From the IMG/VR virus record IMGVR_UViG_3300028558_000001, positions 32,001 to 96,000 of that record: 64,000 nucleotides of DNA; one strand, written 5' to 3'. Source of the stretch: a virus. This document shows positions 55,954 through 64,000 of this stretch, in pieces. The position numbers and the translations under genes were made by a program. The number at the start of each line of letters is the position of its first letter. Positions within the stretch are counted from its first letter, which is position 1. The notes under the pieces were generated by a model. The model made no database searches. It was not told the DNA's origin and worked only from the letters and a program-made list of their open reading frames with translations.

Positions 55954-58167
55954 TTAAATTAAGCATCCATCTGCACCGTTGCCGACACATGCAGCAGCAC
56001 CGGTAGTTGAAACATCAATGTATTTCTTTTCAAAGAGAGAATTTTCCCAATCAATGTCAACTAGGTTTTGCTGAATCTTTTCCCACTTGTGAAGTAGATA
56101 TACGTCCTTGAGACAATATTCAGCGTCTTTTCTTACTCCACTAAAGTAATTGACACGATACTTCTCAAAGCGACGAATCCAATCCTTCTTAAGAAGATTA
56201 TCATGATCATCAGAGGAAATATCTGCACCAATTCCATATACAGCAGAACAAGCTGTCCATAGATTTCCAAAGGCTCTAAGAGCTTCGACAACTAATCCAG
56301 ATGCAAAGATTGCTCCTGTACCATAATATTCAATGATTTCTTCACCGCTCATGACTTTAGTGAATGGAGCCTGATCGTAATCTTTATCTCCTGATCCTGC
56401 TAGGAATGAAATACCAGCAAAAGTTTCCTTATGGTTAAAGACATATTCTTCTACTGTATCCCAATCATCAACTGTTACTGTATTAGAAATATTATGTCTA
56501 ACTGTTGGATCAACACATAGATCAAGATTAGTACCAGCTTCAACCCAATTTTTCTGAGCCTTAGCAATTAGTTCAAGATGCTTAACTCCTAACAAATCCT
56601 TATTGAAGATAGAAGTCTCAGGAGCAATAACAGGGAATGATACAACATAATCCGTTTTATTAGCTGACCATACTGATTCTTCTACCATATATGGATTGGT
56701 CTTCTTGATTAACTGAGCTACTTCGGTATCCTTGTTTAACTGCATGTTTCTTAGATACATTGGTGCATGTTCGCCACCAATACCAGAAGCAGTCATTAGA
56801 AGAACAGATGCATTACCAGATGGCTTGGAGCATGTGGTACGAGCAGCAGGATTAATGCCAATCATTTCGGCAACAATCTTATTAGTTTTCTTAACGATTT
56901 CAGCACCAGTTCTTAGAACTTCTTCATCAAATAGAATAGCAGGATTATTCATCCAACCAGTAATTGATACTCCTAATAGTGCTTCTCTCTCAAAAATCTT
57001 CTTTGAGGTCTCTGGTAAGAAGTTAAAGGTAGTATAACCAGCCTGTAGTGTACCGATAATTGCTCCTACCTTACATGCTCGATAGAATGTTTCAATATCA
57101 GAACACATACCGCCATTGGTTTCTACAAGATTACAGCCCTGCCAACCAGTCTGACCTTCATATTGAGGGAACATACCAATTTCTACACAAGGATTGTAGA
57201 CATGTTCTTCTGAATCAACAAAGACGAATCCGGGTTCACCAAATTCCTTAACACTCTTCATAAGTGAAGCGAACTTTTCTCTAGTAATCTTGGAGCGAAC
57301 AATGACTGCGGAGTTATTGGAACGTCCTCTTTGTGGGTTATCTGTGAACCAATTACCAGTCTTTGCCGTTGCCATTTCCTCATCTTCTGGTGAGAATAGG
57401 CAAATTGTAGCAGAACGACGAACACCACCAGAAATGACAGCATCAGCAGCATACATTACAATATCATAGACATGAATTGGTTTTAATTCAATTCCGCCCT
57501 TCTTGGAAAGTGTTAGTCCCTGTAATAGATACTCGATCTTATCTAGAGCTAGACGGAGAGGTTCTGGACCCGGAGCCTTGAAGCCACCTGAAATCATTGA
57601 ATTCTTAAGTCTAATTAGGGATAGATCAAAGTAAACTCTGCGGCCTTCGTATTCAGGATACTTACCGCCGCCCTCAAAGAAGGAAGCCATTAGAACGTCT
57701 AATGCTGTTGCCCATCCTTCAATAGAATCTTCAACGACATGAAGCTTGGGCTGCTTGGTGCGGAGTTTAATTTTGGGGAGTTTAGAGATATGGTGCTTTT
57801 GTACAGAGAAACCAGCACCAGCACCACATAACATAACCCAAAAGATTTCACCAAAAAATTCTGGTCTATCTGCATATGTAGAAGTACAATTATACATCTT
57901 CATATGGTTCTTAAGGATTTGATCGCCACCGAACTGTAAAGCTCTCTGAGCGCCTAGAACTAACTTGTCTTGATATGCGGAAGTTGCTTCTTCGATTAGT
58001 TCTAGTAATTGTGGTGTTAATTTATCTTCATAATACTTTTTATGCATATTCATAACTCTTAAGACTGATTCATTCCAAGTCTCGTATCTTCCAAGTTCCT
58101 CATCCCATCTAGAATAACCTTCATAAAACTTGGTGTCAGACATTAATTGACGTGTATTCAAATACAT
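55954..58167 (-). CDS. nrdJ: Class II (B12-dependent) monomeric-type ribonucleotide reductase
   Basis: YNC, LCG.G.GFSV, SGGVRRSA, NPCVEI, GCNL, KPSG, C-terminal Cys pair; no nrdB nearby. Confidence 0.85.
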   Translation of the reverse strand: MYLNTRQLMSDTKFYEGYSRWDEELGRYETWNESVLRVMNMHKKYYEDKLTPQLLELIEEATSAYQDKLVLGAQRALQFGGDQILKNHMKMYNCTSTYADRPEFFGEIFWVMLCGAGAGFSVQKHHISKLPKIKLRTKQPKLHVVEDSIEGWATALDVLMASFFEGGGKYPEYEGRRVYFDLSLIRLKNSMISGGFKAPGPEPLRLALDKIEYLLQGLTLSKKGGIELKPIHVYDIVMYAADAVISGGVRRSATICLFSPEDEEMATAKTGNWFTDNPQRGRSNNSAVIVRSKITREKFASLMKSVKEFGEPGFVFVDSEEHVYNPCVEIGMFPQYEGQTGWQGCNLVETNGGMCSDIETFYRACKVGAIIGTLQAGYTTFNFLPETSKKIFEREALLGVSITGWMNNPAILFDEEVLRTGAEIVKKTNKIVAEMIGINPAARTTCSKPSGNASVLLMTASGIGGEHAPMYLRNMQLNKDTEVAQLIKKTNPYMVEESVWSANKTDYVVSFPVIAPETSIFNKDLLGVKHLELIAKAQKNWVEAGTNLDLCVDPTVRHNISNTVTVDDWDTVEEYVFNHKETFAGISFLAGSGDKDYDQAPFTKVMSGEEIIEYYGTGAIFASGLVVEALRAFGNLWTACSAVYGIGADISSDDHDNLLKKDWIRRFEKYRVNYFSGVRKDAEYCLKDVYLLHKWEKIQQNLVDIDWENSLFEKKYIDVSTTGAAACVGNGADGCLI

Positions 58168-58213
58168 TAACTTACTTACCTCTTTATAATTTTTGATTAA
58201 ATTTCATAGCGAC

Positions 58214-58221
58214 TATAAATA
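58214..58221 (+). promoter_or_regulatory. T4 late promoter TATAAATA
   Basis: Exact consensus upstream of the gp2-like gene. Confidence 0.7.
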
Positions 58222-58249
58222 CTTACATACTATATTTAACTCTCTAATA

Positions 58250-58954
58250 ATGGATTTTTACTTGGCAGACTACCTTTTTCAACAAATTCGCAAAGAAGCT
58301 AAAACATTCCGAGACGAAGACGGTCAACCGATCAGTCTCAGACGAAATGAAGAAAAGGCCAGAGAATGGTATCAGAACGCGGCTGAGCAAGTAGCATCAG
58401 TCAATAATAACAGACTATTCCAGTCTATGGACCCATTTACTCGTTTCCAACGTATTGACTCAAGGTCAATTGGAAAAATGTACATGTTCCAATACGCAGC
58501 CAAGCATAGGGATAGACTTCCCTATTATGACATGTTTCCAATCGTTTTTCCAATAGAAATTTATTCTAATGGATTTCTTGGTATTAACCTCCATTACCTT
58601 CGCCCATATCATAGAGCATGGTTAATGGATGAACTTTTCAAGTTGAAAAATAATGATAGCTGGAATAAGAACACTAAACTCCAAGAAGATAAAGAAGCCG
58701 CTCTTTCATATCAATTCTTGAAGTCAGTTATTCCTTCCCCACTATTCAAGCCTACACTTCACAGGTATCTCATTTCAGATTCATCTAAAGGATATTACGC
58801 TGGTGTAGTATCTCCAAATTTCTATTATATCAATCCCGGTTTATGGGATTACGCTGCCCTTCTACCAACTCAACGTTTCGTAAAGGGTATCCACAATACG
58901 GCAATCTCATCAGAGCAAGTCTGGTTGGATTCAAACTCTGCTCGTTATCGGTGA
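58250..58954 (+). CDS. 2: DNA end protector protein (start 58250 or TTG at 58262)
   Basis: GKMYMF.Y.AKH...LPYYD.FP..F, GINLHYL, LPTQRF, VW.DS. Confidence 0.9.
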   Translation: MDFYLADYLFQQIRKEAKTFRDEDGQPISLRRNEEKAREWYQNAAEQVASVNNNRLFQSMDPFTRFQRIDSRSIGKMYMFQYAAKHRDRLPYYDMFPIVFPIEIYSNGFLGINLHYLRPYHRAWLMDELFKLKNNDSWNKNTKLQEDKEAALSYQFLKSVIPSPLFKPTLHRYLISDSSKGYYAGVVSPNFYYINPGLWDYAALLPTQRFVKGIHNTAISSEQVWLDSNSARYR

Positions 58955-58983
58955 TAAGAATAGTATTATAGCAAAGAATACTC

Positions 58984-59024
58984 GTCCTGCCAAGTAGAAA
59001 TATTTGGCAGGATTTGTCTTTTTT
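58984..59024 (+). terminator. Rho-independent terminator
   Basis: gtcctgccaagta-GAAA-tatttggcaggat followed by ttgtctttttt. Confidence 0.75.
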
Positions 59025-59026
59025 AC

Positions 59027-59055
59027 TTGACACGTTTTTTGGAACTTGGTATAAT
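59027..59055 (+). promoter_or_regulatory. Perfect sigma70 promoter upstream of primase
   Basis: TTGACA-N17-TATAAT with extended TG. Confidence 0.85.
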
Positions 59056-59135
59056 CCATATGTGTTCAGCAAGATAGTAATTGTTTTTGGTGACACTACA
59101 GGATCAACAGTTAGTAATAGGCGAAGTTAGGTATC

Positions 59136-60155
59136 ATGAATTATCTTGAATTGAAATATATGAATTTAGTTGCCTACAAGTTAAGGAACTATAAGCAACG
59201 ATCCAATAGACTCATTAACTTTTCATGTCCATATTGTGGAGATTCTTCTCATAAGAAGAATAGAGCTAGAGGATATATTCTAGAGAAGAATGGTTCTTCT
59301 GTATTCTATTGTCATAATTGTTCTGTTACAAAATCAGTAGAACAATTTATTAAATTTCTTGATGAAACAACATATCAAGAAATGATGATGGAAAAGTTTG
59401 AAGACACTAGAAAAGAAAAGAAAGATGAATATCAGGTTGACTTTTCGACGGTCAAGAGGACTTTTTCTAATAAGATATTAGGCGGAATGAAAAAGATTTC
59501 ACAACTGAAACATGATCATCCTGTCAAGAAATATATTGAATCAAGAATGATCCCAACTAATCTTCATTATAAGTTATATTACTGTCCAAAGTTCATGGCT
59601 TGGGTAAATTCGATCATTCCAGATAAGTTTTCAAAAGAAGCACTTGCCTATGATGAACCTAGACTCCTTATTCCTTTTTGGGACAAGGAGGGCAATATCC
59701 ATGCGTTTCAGGGAAGAAGTTTCAAGAGAAAGACCGATACCAAGTATATCACAATCGTCTTGGATGAATCAACGCCAAAATTATATGGGCTTGACACTCT
59801 GGACGAAAGGGCTAGAATCTACGTTCTTGAGGGTCCAATTGATTCTATGTTCATACCAAATGCCATAGCAACGGCTGGTGGAGATATGGTATCGGCAGTC
59901 TCAGGATTTGATAAAGAGAACCTTGTTATCGTATATGATAATGAACCACGTAGTATTGAAACTCATCATAAACTTGACAAAGCTATAGATAACGGGTATA
60001 ATGTTTGTATATTTCCAGATGCGGTCACTGAAAAAGATATTAATAAAATGCGCGAAGCTGGAAGAAGTTCGCCCGGTATTAAGTCAATAATTGATTACAA
60101 TATCTATTCTGGTTTAGAGGCCAAGCTAAGATTAGCCGAATGGTCCAAGAGATAA
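59136..60155 (+). CDS. 61: DNA primase
   Basis: CPYCGDS..CHNC Zn finger; FQGR; TOPRIM EGPIDS, YDNE, KDIN. Confidence 0.95.
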   Translation: MNYLELKYMNLVAYKLRNYKQRSNRLINFSCPYCGDSSHKKNRARGYILEKNGSSVFYCHNCSVTKSVEQFIKFLDETTYQEMMMEKFEDTRKEKKDEYQVDFSTVKRTFSNKILGGMKKISQLKHDHPVKKYIESRMIPTNLHYKLYYCPKFMAWVNSIIPDKFSKEALAYDEPRLLIPFWDKEGNIHAFQGRSFKRKTDTKYITIVLDESTPKLYGLDTLDERARIYVLEGPIDSMFIPNAIATAGGDMVSAVSGFDKENLVIVYDNEPRSIETHHKLDKAIDNGYNVCIFPDAVTEKDINKMREAGRSSPGIKSIIDYNIYSGLEAKLRLAEWSKR

Positions 60156-60167
60156 TAAGGAAAAAGA

Positions 60168-60582
60168 ATGAATGAGAAATCCGAAGCCCAATTGCTAATT
60201 GACAAAGTTACAAAAACTTTTTATGATTATGATAATGAGACAATGTATGTTGGTATATTAGATTTTATGATGCTATTAATTGATGCAGCAAAATTGATAG
60301 ATAAACAGGAAAAAGAAATTTTATCTCTTAAGGACGACATTTATAATGACAAATGGAGATATTCTTGAGAGAAGTATGGTTTGGAGATAATTAGTGAATA
60401 CAGTTTCACCTTTTAAACGAGTCACAGTTAAAGATATAAGTGGAAACATAATATATAGTATTGTTGGATACACAAATAATTTTGTTATTAATTCCGATAT
60501 AACACAAGAATTGGGATTTGATATTATTGATGTGATCATAACAGATGATAGCCATGAAGTAATAGTGAGGAAGCAACATTGA
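60168..60582 (+). other. Two small AT-rich hypothetical ORFs (60168-60368, 60394-60582)
   Basis: RBS motifs; they fill the gap before thyA. Confidence 0.5.
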
Positions 60583-61463
60583 AACAGTACCTTGATCTTA
60601 TACAAGATGTTCTAGATAATGGTGAAGAACATGATGATCGTACCGGAACTGGTACGCGCTCTGTTTTTGCTCGCCATGTACGCTTTGACCTATCCAAGGG
60701 GTTCCCTCTAGTCACAACCAAGAGGGTTCCATTTAAGGCTGTGTATGGTGAACTTCTATGGTTCCTTGAAGGTTCTACGGATGAGCGTAGGCTTGCTGAA
60801 ATTACTTTTGGCACTCGCGATCTAGATAAGAAAACAATCTGGACTGATAATGCTTTTGCTAATTATTGGAAAGATTATGCAAGTTTTTTTGGAGATTGTG
60901 GTAGAATCTATGGAATACAGTGGCGGAAGTGGCGTGGAACAGAGATTGTAAAAAACAACTGGAACAAGAAAGTTGAAGAACCAATCATCATTGACCAAAT
61001 CAAGAATGTGATCAAGTCAATTAAGGATGATCCTTCTGGCCGTAGGCATGTTGTAATGGCATACAATCCCGGTGAATTGAATCAGATGGTTTTGCCTCCG
61101 TGCCATATGTTTTTTCAGTTTTGGGTTTCTAACAAGAAAAAGCTATGTTGCCAGTTCTATATGAGAAGCAATGATGTTTTTCTTGGTCTTCCATTTAATA
61201 TTGCATCATATGCTCTACTTACTCATATGATGGCGCAAGTTTGTGGTCTTGAGGCTGGTGAGCTAATCTATACTGCTGGTGATGTACATCTATATCAAAA
61301 TCATATTGATCAGGCAATTGAACAGTTAAGCAGGGAACCATATCCACTTCCTCGGATTGAAATTGATCCGACTATTATGGACATTGACGATTTTAAACTT
61401 GACTCCATCAAGTTGGTAGATTATAAGTGTCATCCTGCAATTAAGGCACCAATGGCCGTCTAA
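60579..61463 (+). CDS. thyA: Thymidylate synthase (ThyA/td), intronless
   Basis: DRTGTGT, ELLWFL.G, RRH, LPPCH, RSND..LGLPFNIASY, DVHLY. Confidence 0.96.
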   Translation: MKQYLDLIQDVLDNGEEHDDRTGTGTRSVFARHVRFDLSKGFPLVTTKRVPFKAVYGELLWFLEGSTDERRLAEITFGTRDLDKKTIWTDNAFANYWKDYASFFGDCGRIYGIQWRKWRGTEIVKNNWNKKVEEPIIIDQIKNVIKSIKDDPSGRRHVVMAYNPGELNQMVLPPCHMFFQFWVSNKKKLCCQFYMRSNDVFLGLPFNIASYALLTHMMAQVCGLEAGELIYTAGDVHLYQNHIDQAIEQLSREPYPLPRIEIDPTIMDIDDFKLDSIKLVDYKCHPAIKAPMAV

Positions 61464-61472
61464 GGAATTAAT

Positions 61473-61973
61473 ATGAAAGTTAAAATCATTGCATGTATGG
61501 CGAACAATGGAATTATCGGTAAGGATGGTTCCATTCCTTGGAAGTGTTCTGATGATATGCATTTTTTCAAGTTTATGACTTGGGATAGAATTGTCATTAT
61601 GGGAAGAAAGACTTTTGAGTCGATCCCTAATGGACCGCTTGAGGGCCGTACTAGCTACATCATCACTTCTGCAAATGTGGATGAGATTCCTTTTACAATC
61701 GGTAAGAGGTATTTTAATTCTCTAGAAGAAGCTATTGAACGCGCCAAGTTTACAGAGAAGCTTTATCCTGATATGGATGATTGTTGGATCATTGGTGGCG
61801 CGTCCATCTACAAGCAAGCTATTCCCCTTGCTGATGAAATCTTTCTAAATGTTCTATATGATGATTATGAAGGTGATACCCACATGCCTCCCTTTGAGGA
61901 TAAGTATCGTCTTGTTTCGTCAAAGAACAAGAAGAATTTTATTGCCGAACATTATGAGAGGATCAAAGAATGA
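61473..61973 (+). CDS. frd: Dihydrofolate reductase
   Basis: IG..GSIPW...D...FK..T, IMGRKTFES, L.GR, IIGGA.IY, EGDT. Confidence 0.95.
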   Translation: MKVKIIACMANNGIIGKDGSIPWKCSDDMHFFKFMTWDRIVIMGRKTFESIPNGPLEGRTSYIITSANVDEIPFTIGKRYFNSLEEAIERAKFTEKLYPDMDDCWIIGGASIYKQAIPLADEIFLNVLYDDYEGDTHMPPFEDKYRLVSSKNKKNFIAEHYERIKE

Positions 61974-62191
61974 GCAGTAGGTTTGATAGGATAATTGAAG
62001 AGGTATTTGATTTGCCTTGGTATAAAGGAATATTTTTTATTATTGGACTAGCAATCCTTACAATTATATTCATGCCAATAGCAGTAATGTTTACTGTTGG
62101 CTTTGTTATGGTCATGCCAAAGTTTATTTTTCTACTCTTTGGTCTTTTCTGTGTCGGATATTTCATATACACATTCAATCGTGTAAAATGA
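61970..62191 (+). CDS. Small membrane protein
   Basis: Two hydrophobic helices; ATGA overlap. Confidence 0.6.
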   Translation: MSSRFDRIIEEVFDLPWYKGIFFIIGLAILTIIFMPIAVMFTVGFVMVMPKFIFLLFGLFCVGYFIYTFNRVK

Positions 62192-62194
62192 AAG

Positions 62195-62227
62195 GCTAAA
62201 TAGCAATAAAGGATTATTGCTATTTTG
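62195..62227 (+). promoter_or_regulatory. Late-promoter-like TAAATA plus a 12-bp hairpin over the RBS and start codon
   Basis: gcTAAATA overlapping aaatagcaataa-AGGA-ttattgctattt then TTG. Confidence 0.6.
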
Positions 62228-62635
62228 TGGTTGTATAACGAAAATGAATTTGGTATCAAAGATATTGGTGATGACGTTGCTTTTGTTTATCTCATTACCA
62301 ATCTTCTAACTAATAAGAAATATATTGGTAAAAAGAACTTCTATTTCCAGAAGACCAGACAGGTTAAAGGAAAGAAGAAACGGTATAAAGAAATCTCCGA
62401 TTGGTTGTCATACTATGGTTCTAATGAAGAACTAAAGAATGATGTTCTCCAATATGGAGAAGGTGCTTTTAAAAGAGAAATACTTAGGTTATGTAAGACA
62501 AAAGGTGAAGCATCTTACTTTGAAGCAAAATTCCAATTTGAAACAGATTGTATCCTAAGCGAACAATATTACAATTCATGGATTAGCTGTAGAGTTAGAA
62601 AATCTCACCTTAAAAATCTTCAACAGGCCACTTGA
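62225..62635 (+). CDS. Small GIY-YIG endonuclease
   Basis: AFVYLITN...KKYIGKK, YYGS, F.REIL, YYN. Confidence 0.82.
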   Translation: MWLYNENEFGIKDIGDDVAFVYLITNLLTNKKYIGKKNFYFQKTRQVKGKKKRYKEISDWLSYYGSNEELKNDVLQYGEGAFKREILRLCKTKGEASYFEAKFQFETDCILSEQYYNSWISCRVRKSHLKNLQQAT

Positions 62636-62725
62636 CAGACAAATAGCCTATCTCTAAAAGAGACTCACTGAATAGTCAGTAATTCAAATATCTTTCAAAC
62701 CAACTAAGGAACTAGGACTATATAA

Positions 62726-63320
62726 ATGCGTGAATACGTGAAGAATATTGCTCATGATCGTTCAAAAAAGAATGAAACTTATGATGAGCCTTATGAAATT
62801 GATTTATCTGAGGAACATGAAGCTTCGAAGAAAAATCGCTCTGAAAAGAGAAATCACAAGGACAAGGATTATCGGCGCAAATATGAGGATGATGATGATG
62901 GATGGAATTGATTTAAAAGATATTTCGGATGACTATCTAGTTGATCGTTATGATTACCTAGATGCTCTGATCAATATTGATGGATGGGATTGGAATCCTT
63001 CTATCCTCTCTGCTTTTGAGGTAGAGAAATCATTGGTATGGAAAGAGTTCATGACAAGAACTGACCCTAAAAAACATGAAGTGGAGAAGTAAATTTTGTT
63101 AACAGCTATTATGCTTGTTCTACTACTTTATTGCTTCTATCGCATCGTGAAGTTTATTTGGTTCCGAGCACCACCTTACGCTGATTATTCGTCATCTTAT
63201 CTTGACTCGGCGGAAGAAGTATACTATAATACTGAAATTGAAGGTCGAACAGATCGCTATTACGATCCAAAGACCCATAATATGCACGTTCCCTATAAGA
63301 AGGAAGAAAATGGAAATTAA
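62726..63320 (+). other. Three small hypothetical ORFs (62726-62911, ~62898-63092, 63096-63320 membrane-anchored)
   Basis: RBS and packing. Confidence 0.55.
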
Positions 63321-64000
63321 TGAATTAAATAGGAACGCCAAGGGAGGAACAGAACTTCTGATGGAAAGGCTTTACTCCACCATTCCATCAGAAGTTCTAG
63401 ATAAGTTTCAAATCATTCCCTCTCGCGTTAGAGAGTTAGATAAATATAAGATTAGAATCTTATATGCCCATGACCTAGCAGAAGACCCTGAATCAGAAGC
63501 GGCTCTAGAACATGGTAAGTGGCAGAATTTCCATAAAATTGTTTTCGTATCTAATTGGCAGATGCAATCATTTATCAATAGGTATAGAATTCCTTGGTCA
63601 TCATGTCTAGTGATTCCAAATTCAATCGAACCTATTAAGTGGGTCGATAGGCCAAACGGAAACATTAAGATAATTTATCATTCAACCCCTCATCGTGGTT
63701 TGAATATCCTAGTTCCAGTATTTGAGAAACTAGCAGAAGTAGATAAAGAGATTGAACTAGACGTTTATTCATCATTTGAATTATATGGATGGAAAGAACG
63801 TGATGCTCCTTTCGAAGAACTTTTCGAGAAGTGCCGTACTCATCCACAAATTCGGTATCATGGCTCTCAGCCTAATGACGTGATCCGTCAGGCCGTATCG
63901 GAAGCTGATATTTTCGCTTATCCCAATACGTGGCAAGAAACCTCCTGTCTTTGTTTAATTGAAGCTATGGCCGCTGGCTGTCTATGTGTCCATCCTAACT
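63310..64000 (+). CDS. GT-B (GT4-like) glycosyltransferase, 3'-truncated by the window edge
   Basis: Own translation: MEINELNRNAKGGTEL..AHD..VFVSNWQ..IPNSI..HSTPHRGL..FAYPNTWQETSCLCLIEAMAAG (E-x7-E); absent from the ORF track. Confidence 0.9.
   Translation, partial: MEINELNRNAKGGTELLMERLYSTIPSEVLDKFQIIPSRVRELDKYKIRILYAHDLAEDPESEAALEHGKWQNFHKIVFVSNWQMQSFINRYRIPWSSCLVIPNSIEPIKWVDRPNGNIKIIYHSTPHRGLNILVPVFEKLAEVDKEIELDVYSSFELYGWKERDAPFEELFEKCRTHPQIRYHGSQPNDVIRQAVSEADIFAYPNTWQETSCLCLIEAMAAGCLCVHPN

Noticed and set aside
60579-61463. ThyA homologue as a dCMP hydroxymethylase (modified DNA)
   Set aside because: It keeps the dUMP-specifying Asn (PFNIASY) and is paired with DHFR.
63408-63847. Minus-strand ORFs 63408-63665 and 63665-63847
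   Set aside because: They overlap the + strand glycosyltransferase that runs off the window.
1-64000. Stop-codon reassignment
   Set aside because: Conserved genes are full length under the standard code and coding density is high.

Overview
A 64 kb segment of a lytic T4-like myovirus genome. The host is probably an alphaproteobacterium; this is an inference from gene content (B12-dependent NrdJ, VrlC-like fibre, GT4) and is not established. 1-26.3 kb (+) is an early/accessory region of small ORFs: SF1 helicase, M28 peptidase, DUF932, NADAR, Rnl2, a Pol-beta-type nucleotidyltransferase and an AAA ATPase. 26.8-54.5 kb (-) is the virion module: terminase 17/16, neck/tail 15/14/13, a Seg-like endonuclease, M15 endolysin, fibre plus Gly-rich adhesin, baseplate 8/7/6/25/split 5/27/53/48. 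54.6-64 kb holds gp4, NUDIX, nrdJ, gp2, primase, thyA, DHFR, a GIY-YIG nuclease and a glycosyltransferase. Most interesting signals: (1) five tandem paralogues carrying a W-x-x-S-x-x-x-C motif directly upstream of a nucleotidyltransferase and AAA ATPase, a candidate protein-modification system; (2) two adjacent mini-genes that look like free-standing fragments of the tail sheath and the major capsid protein; (3) about 10 intergenic stem/internal-loop/stem RNA elements resembling RNase III sites; (4) an unannotated ArfA-like ORF with a hairpin before its stop codon; (5) a perfect sigma70 promoter plus leader that occurs twice in inverted orientation, once in front of primase and once antisense in the early region. 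All assignments come from motif recognition by eye; no searches were run.
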